The position numbers and the translations under genes were made by a program. Under the pieces are notes generated by a model, which was not told the origin of the DNA, did no database searches, and worked only from the letters and a program-made list of their open reading frames with translations. Positions 1 to 8,902 of a stretch of DNA of 64,000 nucleotides are shown here, in pieces. Position 1 is the first letter of the stretch. Each line of letters starts with the position of its first letter. The DNA is from Cloacimonetes bacterium UBA3541 (GTDB taxonomy: Bacteria; Cloacimonadota; Cloacimonadia; Cloacimonadales; Cloacimonadaceae), in assembly GCA_002376725.1 (NCBI GenBank), contig DFOM01000059.1:25113-89112 (forward strand), read 5' to 3'.

Positions 1-1825
1 CAAATAACAAAAACACTCTGAGCGTATCTGCTCCATAGCGATCAATAATATAGTTAGGATCTACCACATTACCTCTTGATTTACTCATTTTAGCACCATC
101 TTTAAGCACCATTCCCTGAGTGAGCAAACGGAGAAAGGGTTCATCATATTTTATCCAACCAAGATCACGCATAAATTTACAGATGAAGCGGGAATAAAGC
201 AGATGCATACAAGCATGTTCTATTCCGCCAATATATTGGTCTACGGGAAGCCAGAAATTAGCTTTATCAGGGTCAAAAGGTTGTTTATCATTCTTAGGAT
301 CAGTATAACGAGCATAATACCAAGAACTATCTACAAAAGTATCCATTGTATCAGTTTCTCTTCTTGCATCAGCTCCACATTGAGGACACTTCACATTATA
401 CCATTCTGGAACTGAAAGAAGAGGATTGCGAGTGGTCTTGCCAATCTGCACATTATCGGGTAAAAGAACAGGAAGATCTTCATCAGGAACTAAAACTATA
501 CCACAGTTAGGGCAATAGATAACCGGAATGGGATTGCCCCAGTAACGCTGACGGGAAATGCACCAATCTTTCAATCTATAAGCACAAGTTATCTTACCAT
601 AGCCTTTTTCTTCCAGATATAGAGAAATGGCTTTTTTAGCTTCTTCGCTATTCATACCATCAAAAGGACCAGAATTGACCATTATCCCTGAATCTATATA
701 AGCTGTTTCCATTGTTTCTAAACTAAGTGTTTTTTCTGGATTCTGGATCACCAATTTTATAGGAATGCCATATTTTCGTGCAAATTCAAAATCTCTTTCA
801 TCGTGAGCAGGAACAGCCATCACGGCTCCAGTTCCATAATCCATAACCACATAGTTAGTTATCCAAATTTGAATCTTTTCTCCATTCAAAGGATTTAGAC
901 AGTAGCGACCACTAAACATTCCTTCTTTAATAGTATCTACAGCTTCTCTAGAAATTTTATCTTCGTTTATAACTCTATCGCAGAACTCTTTAAGAGCTAT
1001 ATTTTCTGGTGCTTCTTTCAGCCATTTTTGCACCAGAGGATGTTCCGGAGGAAGAGCCATAAAAGTTACGCCATAAATCGTATCAGGACGAGTAGTAAAG
1101 ACCTGAATTGAGTCAGCACCATCTTCTAAAGGAAAATCTATCAAAGTTCCTTCACTTTTACCTATCCAGTTTTTTTGCATAGTAATGACATTTTCGGGCC
1201 AATCAATCACCTGGCTAAAATCTAAAAGCTCTTCGGCATAGGCAGTAATTCGGAAAAACCATTGTTCCTGTTCTTTTTGAGTAACTGGCTTATGGCATCT
1301 CCAACAGGTTCCATTCACTACTTGTTCATTAGCTAGAATAGTCTGACAATTTTCGCACCAGTTTTGCCAAGATTTTTTACGATAGACCAATCCCTTCTCA
1401 TATAATTTCTTGAAAAGATACTGTCCCCAGACATAATAATCCGGACGACAGGTGCTTATTTCTCTTTCCCAATCAAGACCAAAACCCAGAGAATCAAACT
1501 GACGATGCATTGCTTCTATATTTTCTTCAGTAGTTATGCGAGGATGAGAATTGTGTTCTATGGCATAATTTTCCGCTGGCATACCGAAGGAATCAAATCC
1601 CATAGGCTGTAACACTGCATAACCATCCATCATTTTTAACCTTGCAATAGAATCACTTATCGCATAATTGGAAACATGACCGCAGTGTAAGATTCCTGAT
1701 GGATAGGGAAACATAGACAAAACATAATATTTAGGTTGGGAAGGAAAATCTTCCGGATGAAAGATTCCTTTCTCACGCCAGATTTTTTGCCACTTAGGTT
1801 CTATCCGAGAAAAGGGATATTCCAT
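1..1825 (-). CDS. leuS: Leucyl-tRNA synthetase, N-terminal ~608 codons (3' end runs off the window)
   Basis: Absent from the ORF track because it is open at the window edge. The reverse-strand frame from ATG at 1825-1823 reads MEYPFSRIEPKWQKIWREKGIFHPEDFP. Near position 1 the same frame reads GMVLKDGAKMSKSRGNVVDPNYIIDRYGADTLRVFLLF, which is the class I KMSKS loop with LeuRS-type flanks. Confidence 0.9.
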   Translation of the reverse strand, partial: MEYPFSRIEPKWQKIWREKGIFHPEDFPSQPKYYVLSMFPYPSGILHCGHVSNYAISDSIARLKMMDGYAVLQPMGFDSFGMPAENYAIEHNSHPRITTEENIEAMHRQFDSLGFGLDWEREISTCRPDYYVWGQYLFKKLYEKGLVYRKKSWQNWCENCQTILANEQVVNGTCWRCHKPVTQKEQEQWFFRITAYAEELLDFSQVIDWPENVITMQKNWIGKSEGTLIDFPLEDGADSIQVFTTRPDTIYGVTFMALPPEHPLVQKWLKEAPENIALKEFCDRVINEDKISREAVDTIKEGMFSGRYCLNPLNGEKIQIWITNYVVMDYGTGAVMAVPAHDERDFEFARKYGIPIKLVIQNPEKTLSLETMETAYIDSGIMVNSGPFDGMNSEEAKKAISLYLEEKGYGKITCAYRLKDWCISRQRYWGNPIPVIYCPNCGIVLVPDEDLPVLLPDNVQIGKTTRNPLLSVPEWYNVKCPQCGADARRETDTMDTFVDSSWYYARYTDPKNDKQPFDPDKANFWLPVDQYIGGIEHACMHLLYSRFICKFMRDLGWIKYDEPFLRLLTQGMVLKDGAKMSKSRGNVVDPNYIIDRYGADTLRVFLLF

Positions 1826-2498
1826 TAAGAGTCTCCATAATTCTAAAATAGATTAATATTTTAAGTCTTAAATAATTTTTCTTATCATTAATTTCTTCTA
1901 GGTTTAATCTGTCAAGTTCAAAACCTATATTGTGATTTTCTTCAATGATTGATAAGCTAATGGCATTGTTATAGTTAGAGAAAGAAAAGGGGAAATTATT
2001 TAGCACTTGATAAGACTCAATAAACAGATTTAAATATTATTATAAATAAGGTATAATATGATGATAAGTTTTAATATGCCTTGTTATTATATCAAATTGC
2101 AGGAAATAACCTTATCTAATCTCCTGGTAAAAAAAGTTTATTTCTTTAGAGATGTAGTGATAACCTCATTTTACAAAATATTTATGCTTTTCCTTTTTTA
2201 ATATGTGGATTAGTTAAAAAATTTACTTTATATTGTTCGCTTAGCTTATCATTTTGAGCTAGATATGGTATTGAACCAGCTTCTCCTGATTTTATAATAA
2301 TAAAAATCTACCACCTATTTTTGATACTAGCTCTCATAGAACTATAAAATGTGATAAAATTGATAGGCAATATATATTTACTGGTAAGAAAAACTAAACT
2401 CTTAAATTTCAATAAGCTGAAAAATAGTAAGTTCAAGCCACTGTTTATTATAATAATAAAGATGATGAACTACTTATAGGGAAGTAATGTCCGCTTTC

Positions 2499-2552
2499 GG
2501 ACATAAGCTGGACATAAGCTGGACATAAGCTGGACATAAGCTGGACATAAGT
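2499..2552. repeat. 11-bp tandem repeat GGACATAAGCT, 4 perfect copies plus one degenerate
   Basis: Read directly: ggacataagct at 2499, 2510, 2521 and 2532, then ggacataagtt at 2543. It is preceded by the hairpin ATGTCCG-cttt-CGGACAT (2487-2504), which shares the GGACAT core. Confidence 0.9.
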
Positions 2553-2810
2553 TATATATTATAAGGAAGTGGGAAAATGGGACATTACAGAATAGCGAAA
2601 AAGAAAAATATTTGTGAAGATAACCTATAACTAGTGCACCTATATAATATAAGAACTTAATAGATAAAACAACTGTAGGAACGACAAGAACTTATTCATT
2701 AGTCTCAGGTAATAAAAACAATCCCATCGTTTATTTATCAGAAAGAGATAAAATTTTCCTTGCCTTATTCAGCAAATTTAGAATAATGATTTTCTTATAA
2801 GAATAGATTC

Positions 2811-2840
2811 TTGTCAGAACAAAATAGGACAGAATATAAT
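2811..2840 (+). promoter_or_regulatory. Candidate sigma70-type promoter for the LTD/T9SS surface protein gene
   Basis: TTGTCA (2811-2816), an 18-nt spacer, then TATAAT (2835-2840). A GAAGGAG Shine-Dalgarno at 2856-2862 precedes the ATG at 2870. Confidence 0.45.
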
Positions 2841-2869
2841 TCGGTCCAAGAGAAAGAAGGAGTTTCAAA

Positions 2870-5731
2870 ATGAAACGATATCTCATACTTGCTGCATTAT
2901 TTTTATTGAGCACTATCATTCTTTATGCTCAACCTTATGCTCAGACCATTTTCATTAGCGAATATGTGGAGGGTTCATCCTATAATAAAGCACTGGAAAT
3001 TTTCAATGGCACCGGTGCACCTGTGGATCTTTCTCAATATACGATAAAACTTGCATCCAATGGTGGAACCTGGAGTACATCAAATATTTTAACTCCTACG
3101 GGAATTCTGCAAAACAATGAAGTTTTCGTTATTGCTCATCCACAGGCAAGTGCTGCTATTCTGAGCATTGCTGATGTAACTTCAACTGTTACTAACTATA
3201 ATGGTAACGACTGTGTAGGACTTTTTCACGGGACCACTATGATTGATATCATTGGCATATATCAGAATGATCCGGGAAATAATTCCGGCTGGAGTGTTGC
3301 TGGTGTCCCGGCTGCAACTTTGAATCATACTTTAATACGGAAACCTACTGTCATTCAAGGAAATATTGATTGGACTTCTTCTGCTGGAACTAATGCAGAC
3401 GATAGTGAATGGATAGTTCAAGCTCAAGATTATATAACCGACCTTGGAATGCATACTTTTACTCCTAATGGTGGCAATGTCACTGCTCCTCCTGTCTTCG
3501 ATCCTGCTGGTGGAATTTATACCGCTCCTGTCACTGTCACTATCACCTGTGCTACTCCTAATGCCAGTATTTATTATACCACTGATGGCAGCATACCTTC
3601 TTCCTCATCAACACTTTATACTGCTCCCCTCACCATCTCGGTTACTACAACTTTGAAAGCTATCGCTATTGCTCCTGAAATGACTAATAGCTCTGTTACT
3701 ACAGCAACATATACTTTCCCTTTAACAGTGGAAAACCTGAGCACTCTTCGTTCACAACCTGCTGATGGTGTAACTGTCTACCAGGTTACAGGAGAGGTAA
3801 TTTTAACTTTCCAACAAAGCTTCCGTCATCAGAAATATGTACAAGATGAAGATGCTGGAATCCTTATAGATGATAATAATGGAGTGATAACCACAACTTA
3901 TAATATAGGTGATGGAATAACCGGAATAACAGGAAAAATTAGTGAATATGGAGGTATGCTTCAATTTGTTCCTGTAATTAATTCTGGTCCTGCCACTTCA
4001 ACCGACAATATAATAACTCCAATAATTGTAACCTATCAAGCATTGCTTGATGATTTTGATACATATGAATCCAGAGTAGTAAAAGTTTTAAATGTTAATT
4101 TTACCAATCCGAGTGGTAACTTTGCTAATGGAACAGTATATCCAACCACCGATCCTACTGCAACTTACAATATCCGAACCACTTTTTACGATGTAGATTA
4201 CATAGGCACGCCCATTCCAACCACAACTAAAGATATTACTGGCATCCCTAACTCACGAACGGAAGGAGAATATTTCACCCCAAGAACTTTAAATGATTTT
4301 TCTGATCCAGCGGGACCAATTGATGCACCTGTCTTCAGTCACCCTTCAGGATACTATATACAGAGTTTTTCACTAACCATATCCTGCTCCACTCCGGATG
4401 TTAATATATATTATACTTTGGATGGAACCATTCCGGACCTCAACTCTACTTTGTATACAGCTCCTATAACTATTTCCACCACTACTACCGTTAAGGCTAT
4501 AGCTTATTTAAGTCCTGCTGAATATTCTACCGTTAGTTCTGCCACCTATACCTTCCCCGTAATGGTCAATAATCTTTCTGCCTTGCGTCAATCCCCTTTA
4601 GATGGATTTTATTGTTTGACAGGCGAAGTTTTAGTAAATTTTACTCAAAGTTATCGTCATCAAAAATTTGTGCAGGATGCAACTGCTGGTATTTTGATTG
4701 ATGACAACAATGGAATCATTACTACTGAATATCAGATTGGAGATGGAATAACTAATTTAACGGGAACTCTGACTGAATTTGGAGGGATGCTGGAATTAGT
4801 TCCTTTCGTAGATCCTGGAGTTCCCAGTTCTACAGGAAATACTATAACTCCGATAGACATTGATCTTGTTCAGTTTCTGGATGATTTTGAGACCTATGAA
4901 TCGCGATTAGTTAGAATTTCAGATATCAGATTCTTTGAGCCCACGGGGACTTTTGCCAATGGAAGTGTCTATATGATTATAGATGAGAGTGGCGATAATA
5001 CTGCCTATTTCCGCACTGTTTTTTATGATGTAGATTACATCGGCTTGCCTGTATATTCTTATCTACTAAATATTACTGGCATTCCCAATTCACGCACAGA
5101 TGGGAACTATTTCACGGCTCGTTTTAAATCTGATTTTCAGATATCAGAGCCCTTGCCACCTTTGGTATTTGAACATACAGTGCTAAACCTTAATAGTTTG
5201 GAGATAACGGTTGGATTTGAGACCGAAGCTAATGTTGTTCTTCCAGAAGGATTGACAGGATATAACATTTATCGTGATGATGTAGTAGTTCATAATGCTC
5301 CTTCTGCTATGACGATAACCTGGCAAGATGTTTCTATTCCTATGGGAACTCATCTATATTATGCTACAGCACTTTATGGAGATGTAGAAAGTGATACTAC
5401 TTCCTCCTTCTCTTTTACGGTTACTGGTATTGAAGATAATCCTCCTTCAGCACCTGTCACTTACCTGGGACAAAACTATCCCAATCCTTTCAATCCATCC
5501 ACCGAAATTCATTTCTCCCTTGCCTCACCTGGAAAAGTGATGATAGATATATATAATCAGAAAGGTGAATTAGTGAGGAATCTGGTAAATGGTTATTTTG
5601 CTGCTGGAACTAATAAAATCTCTTGGGATGGTTTAGATAATAAGGGGAAAATTGTAAGCAGTGGAGTATATTATTATAGAATGCGAAATGGTGCCTATTC
5701 ATACACGCGTAAAATGTTATTATTAAAATAA
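2870..5731 (+). CDS. Secreted surface protein: N-terminal lamin-tail-like (LTD) domain, two ~280-aa internal repeats, C-terminal T9SS/FlgD-like sorting domain
   Basis: Signal peptide MKRYLILAALFLLSTIILYA. LTD-like IFISEYVEGSSYNKALEIFNGTGAPVDLSQY. Repeats start at PPVFDPAGGIYTAPVTVTITCATPNASIYYTTDGSIP and APVFSHPSGYYIQSFSLTISCSTPDVNIYYTLDGTIP (chitobiase/FN3-associated-like). The C-terminus reads NYPNPFNPSTEIHFSL...GVYYYRM. Confidence 0.85.
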   Translation: MKRYLILAALFLLSTIILYAQPYAQTIFISEYVEGSSYNKALEIFNGTGAPVDLSQYTIKLASNGGTWSTSNILTPTGILQNNEVFVIAHPQASAAILSIADVTSTVTNYNGNDCVGLFHGTTMIDIIGIYQNDPGNNSGWSVAGVPAATLNHTLIRKPTVIQGNIDWTSSAGTNADDSEWIVQAQDYITDLGMHTFTPNGGNVTAPPVFDPAGGIYTAPVTVTITCATPNASIYYTTDGSIPSSSSTLYTAPLTISVTTTLKAIAIAPEMTNSSVTTATYTFPLTVENLSTLRSQPADGVTVYQVTGEVILTFQQSFRHQKYVQDEDAGILIDDNNGVITTTYNIGDGITGITGKISEYGGMLQFVPVINSGPATSTDNIITPIIVTYQALLDDFDTYESRVVKVLNVNFTNPSGNFANGTVYPTTDPTATYNIRTTFYDVDYIGTPIPTTTKDITGIPNSRTEGEYFTPRTLNDFSDPAGPIDAPVFSHPSGYYIQSFSLTISCSTPDVNIYYTLDGTIPDLNSTLYTAPITISTTTTVKAIAYLSPAEYSTVSSATYTFPVMVNNLSALRQSPLDGFYCLTGEVLVNFTQSYRHQKFVQDATAGILIDDNNGIITTEYQIGDGITNLTGTLTEFGGMLELVPFVDPGVPSSTGNTITPIDIDLVQFLDDFETYESRLVRISDIRFFEPTGTFANGSVYMIIDESGDNTAYFRTVFYDVDYIGLPVYSYLLNITGIPNSRTDGNYFTARFKSDFQISEPLPPLVFEHTVLNLNSLEITVGFETEANVVLPEGLTGYNIYRDDVVVHNAPSAMTITWQDVSIPMGTHLYYATALYGDVESDTTSSFSFTVTGIEDNPPSAPVTYLGQNYPNPFNPSTEIHFSLASPGKVMIDIYNQKGELVRNLVNGYFAAGTNKISWDGLDNKGKIVSSGVYYYRMRNGAYSYTRKMLLLK

Positions 5732-5746
5732 GGAGAGTTTAATTCA

Positions 5747-6613
5747 ATGAAAGCTATTTTAAAACGGTGGGGGTTATTTTTAACCGTTAACTTCCTGGTG
5801 CTGTTTGTATTAGGTATAATACTTCAGCTATTAAAAATTAAACCTAGTGATATAATATCACTATTGATTTATTGTGCCATCTTTGGTTTTGCTGGATCGT
5901 TTATCTCACTTTTTATGAGCAAACCTATGGCAAAAGCATCTTATAGAATAATTCCTATCACGCGAGAAAATGCTACAGGAAAAGCCCTTGCTCTATATGA
6001 AACGATAGAAGAGATGGCAGTTTATAAACATATAAAAATGCCTGAAATAGGAATTTATCCTTCTCCGGATAATAATGCTTTTGCCACTGGAGCAAATCGT
6101 AACAGCTCTCTAATCGCTTTTTCCAGCGGAATAATGGAAAATCTTAACCTTGATGAACTGGCTGCTGTTGCAGGCCACGAAATGACTCATATCACTGAAG
6201 GAGATATGGTCACTACAACTCTTCTGATGGGCACTTTAAATACCTTTGTCTTCTTCATCTCCAATCTTCTGGCTATATTACTTAGTGGAGGAAGAAGTAG
6301 AGAGGAAGGTTTTGGAAGAGGAACTCAGATCTTTTTTGCTATTATAATTCAAAATATCTTGATGATTTTTGCCAATATTGCCATCTGTGCCTATTCTCGT
6401 CATCGTGAATATGCTGCTGATGCTGGTTCAGCCCGATTAACCTCACCTGTTCAGATGATGATAGCTCTGGAAAAGATTAGCAATAAGTTCGTTCCACCCA
6501 CCAAAAAAGATGCTTATACCATCGCTAAAATTAACTATAGAGGTCCAGCTACCCTTTTTGCTACGCATCCTCCGGTTGAAAAAAGAATAGAAAGACTCCG
6601 TAAAATGATGTAA
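5747..6613 (+). CDS. htpX: Zinc metalloprotease HtpX (peptidase M48)
   Basis: Multi-pass membrane protein with AAVAGHEMTHITEGDMV (HExxH) and the distal REYAADAGSARLT typical of HtpX. Confidence 0.88.
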   Translation: MKAILKRWGLFLTVNFLVLFVLGIILQLLKIKPSDIISLLIYCAIFGFAGSFISLFMSKPMAKASYRIIPITRENATGKALALYETIEEMAVYKHIKMPEIGIYPSPDNNAFATGANRNSSLIAFSSGIMENLNLDELAAVAGHEMTHITEGDMVTTTLLMGTLNTFVFFISNLLAILLSGGRSREEGFGRGTQIFFAIIIQNILMIFANIAICAYSRHREYAADAGSARLTSPVQMMIALEKISNKFVPPTKKDAYTIAKINYRGPATLFATHPPVEKRIERLRKMM

Positions 6614-7979
6614 TAGGAAGGTTCTCGTTAAGCTAAACATAGAAAAAATTGCTTCAGGAGGCTTTGGAATAGGATATGCTGAAGGCAAAGCTATCTTTGT
6701 TCCCTATACTGCTATTGGAGATCAAGTAGAAGTTCAGATCGTATCCCCAAAAAAGGATGTAGCCTTCGCTAAAATCCAGAAATATATTAAAAGAGGACCA
6801 GGAACAATTGAGCCAGGCTGTCCTTCCTTTGGACCACCTCTTTTTTGTGGAGGTTGCGATTGGTTACATCTTTCCTATGAAACTCAGTTAAAATATAAAA
6901 CCAATTTGGTAAGAGAGTTAATCCAGCCTCTTGCTCCCGAAATTAATATTTTAGATACCATAGCTTCACCTGTTACTCAACATTATCGTAATAAATCCTT
7001 TATGCCAGTTGGAAAAGGAGAAACTGGTCTGGAATACGGTATTTACGAACGTTGGTCACATAAAATAGTGGCTCATCATACTTGTCTCTTACATCCTGCT
7101 GAATTTGACCTTATTGCTAATCGCTGTCTGGAATTGATGGATAACGCAAAGGTCCAACCTTATGATGAAATCAATCATACTGGAACTTTAAGACATATTG
7201 GATTTCGTTGTTCAAAAGATAGAAAACAGATACTTCTTATTCTGGTCACCCGAAGTGCTAAATTGCCTTTCAGTAATCTATTGGTGAAGAAATTGACCAG
7301 TGAATTTCCTAATCTTTCTGGAATTATTCAGAATATCAATCGGGAAAGTGGAAATGTTATTTTGGGTAATGAAGAAAAAATTCTATATGGGAGCCCTTGG
7401 ATTACAGAAGAATTAGATAATTTAAAATTTAGGATCCACTATAAGTCGTTCTGGCAGGTTAATTCTTATATACTGCAATTAATTATCAGAGATATAGCTG
7501 ATAAAGTGTTAGCTCAAGATACTGTTCTGGATACCTTTTCAGGCATTGGAGTTTTAGGATTATCCCTCGCAGCTAGAGCTAGAGAAGTTTTTTGTATAGA
7601 AGAATTAACTGATGCTGTTGAAGATGGAAGATACAACTGTCAATTAAATAATATCTCCAATGTTACTTTCCTTTGTGGAAAGACGGAAGATCTTCTACCA
7701 AAAATACTTAATCATCCGGATGTTTACCGCAACTATTCTCCCGAGGTGATAATTCTAGATCCACCCCGAACTGGAGTCCAAAAATCCGTTCTGGAAGAAA
7801 TTATCAAAGTTCAATTGCCCCATATTCTGTACCTTAGCTGTTCTCCCATCACTCTTCGGAGAGACTTAACTCTTTTATTGGATAGTGGTTTATATGAAAT
7901 TACCAGTATTCAACCGTTTGATATGTTTCCTCAAACCTGGCATATTGAGACATTAGTTGAGTTGAAGTTAAAGCGATGA
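6612..7979 (+). CDS. RumA/TrmA-family RNA (uracil-5)-methyltransferase with TRAM domain and Fe-S cysteines; 5' boundary uncertain
   Basis: The track ORF (TTG 6906) carries DTFSGIGVLGLSLA, VIILDPPRTG and LYLSCSPITLRRDL. The same frame is open back to 6609. There it encodes KLNIEKIASGGFGIGYAEGKAIFVPYTAIGDQVEVQIVSPKKDVAFAKI (TRAM-like) and CPSFGPPLFCGGCDWLH (cluster cysteines). There is no ATG/GTG/TTG before 6906. Confidence 0.8.
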   Translation, partial: NRKVLVKLNIEKIASGGFGIGYAEGKAIFVPYTAIGDQVEVQIVSPKKDVAFAKIQKYIKRGPGTIEPGCPSFGPPLFCGGCDWLHLSYETQLKYKTNLVRELIQPLAPEINILDTIASPVTQHYRNKSFMPVGKGETGLEYGIYERWSHKIVAHHTCLLHPAEFDLIANRCLELMDNAKVQPYDEINHTGTLRHIGFRCSKDRKQILLILVTRSAKLPFSNLLVKKLTSEFPNLSGIIQNINRESGNVILGNEEKILYGSPWITEELDNLKFRIHYKSFWQVNSYILQLIIRDIADKVLAQDTVLDTFSGIGVLGLSLAARAREVFCIEELTDAVEDGRYNCQLNNISNVTFLCGKTEDLLPKILNHPDVYRNYSPEVIILDPPRTGVQKSVLEEIIKVQLPHILYLSCSPITLRRDLTLLLDSGLYEITSIQPFDMFPQTWHIETLVELKLKR

Positions 7980-8410
7980 AAAAGATAGGAATATTACTGC
8001 TTTTAGTAATAATAGCTTTTTGTGCTTGTGATACTAATTCCGCAATTCTGGATGAAGAAGAGATAAGAAACATTATTTACGATATTTCTTATGATTTCAG
8101 CTGGAATGATATTAATGGTATAATGGAGTATGTACATAATGATTTCAGACATAATGGAATGTATCGTGATGAATTAAGATTTCTATGGAATGAACGCCGA
8201 AAAAGATATCAACTACTCTCCTGCGATATCTCACAGATATATATAGATAATGAATATGCAACGGTATTTATGACTATGACCTATCAGTCAGCTACTGAAA
8301 CTGTAAGTTTTTCAGAACCAGACACCTTTGGTGATGCTTCCTATTATTATTTTGACCAGGGAAGATGGCAAATATATGGCAATCAAGAATGGAGAATGAA
8401 CAAAAATTAG
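7976..8410 (+). CDS. Small lipoprotein, function unknown
   Basis: Lipobox-like N-terminus MKKIGILLLLVIIAFCACDTN. The start overlaps the preceding stop (ATGA at 7976-7979). Confidence 0.6.
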   Translation: MKKIGILLLLVIIAFCACDTNSAILDEEEIRNIIYDISYDFSWNDINGIMEYVHNDFRHNGMYRDELRFLWNERRKRYQLLSCDISQIYIDNEYATVFMTMTYQSATETVSFSEPDTFGDASYYYFDQGRWQIYGNQEWRMNKN

Positions 8411-8579
8411 AAGGTTATGAAAGTTAGAAGGAAAAAGATAGATATTTATAAATTTCTTTTTAATAATTAGTAAGAAGCTATATATTATGAAGGTTAAGTA
8501 GGTAAGAAAAGAAAATAACACTATTTTTGGCTTGACAATAGGATAATTTATAAATTTATGGATTAAAATATGTAGTTTC

Positions 8580-8654
8580 GGTCCAGTAACTCAGCGGTAG
8601 AGTATCTGCCTTTTAAGCAGAGAGTCGTTGGTTCGATTCCAACCTGGATCACCA
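8580..8654 (+). tRNA. tRNA-Lys (anticodon TTT)
   Basis: Acceptor stem GGTCCAG/CTGGATC. Anticodon stem TCTGC/GCAGA with loop CTTTTAA. T-loop GGTTCGATTCC. CCA is encoded. Confidence 0.9.
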
Positions 8655-8658
8655 TAGC

Positions 8659-8733
8659 GACCCCTTCGTCTATCGGTGAGGACACAAGATTTTCATTCTT
8701 GTAAGAGGGGTTCGATTCCCCTAGGGGTCGCCA
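8659..8733 (+). tRNA. tRNA-Glu (anticodon TTC)
   Basis: Acceptor stem GACCCCT/AGGGGTC. Anticodon stem CAAGA/TCTTG with loop TTTTCAT. T-arm AGGGG-TTCGATT-CCCCT. Discriminator G followed by CCA. Confidence 0.88.
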
Positions 8734-8756
8734 TTTAATTGTGTTTGAGATAGTTA

Positions 8757-8832
8757 GTCCCGTTCGTCTAGTGGCCTAGGACTCGTGATTCTCAGTCACG
8801 CAACAGGGGTTCGATCCCCCTACGGGACGCCA
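8757..8832 (+). tRNA. tRNA-Glu (anticodon CTC)
   Basis: Acceptor stem GTCCCGT/ACGGGAC. Anticodon stem CGTGA/TCACG with loop TTCTCAG. Overall very similar to canonical bacterial tRNA-Glu. CCA is encoded. Confidence 0.88.
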
Positions 8833-8902
8833 TTCAGATTTTAATGGTAAGAGAAAATAGCTGATGGATGAGATAATTATTTCTAACACGGTGAAGTAAA
8901 AA

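Noticed and set aside
1794-2006. 70-aa minus-strand ORF overlapping the leuS start
   Set aside because: It is in a different frame from leuS, has low-complexity AT-rich sequence and no motif. It is most likely spurious upstream-region noise.
2499-2552. Possible CRISPR or coding repeat (same question for 56484-56564)
   Set aside because: These are contiguous 11-bp units with no spacers. Since 11 is not a multiple of 3 and there is no supporting ORF, they are simple tandem repeats.
3444-3656. Alternative-frame ORF inside the surface-protein gene, plus many antisense ORFs in the track (for example 203-415, 6443-6688, 8776-9105, 9464-9760, 10074-10334, 19064-19402, 27135-27539, 31185-31541, 33754-34119, 35808-36098, 45556-46005, 50011-50495, 56972-57769, 58464-58811, 59950-60288, 62043-62434, 63591-63872)
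   Set aside because: All are embedded in, or antisense to, longer ORFs with strong family motifs. They have biased low-complexity composition typical of shadow ORFs.
8532-8569. TTGACA upstream of the tRNA-Lys/Glu/Glu cluster as a -35 box
   Set aside because: No acceptable -10 hexamer lies at 16-19 nt. The best -10-like TAAAAT (8564-8569) is 26 nt away. The promoter is not called.
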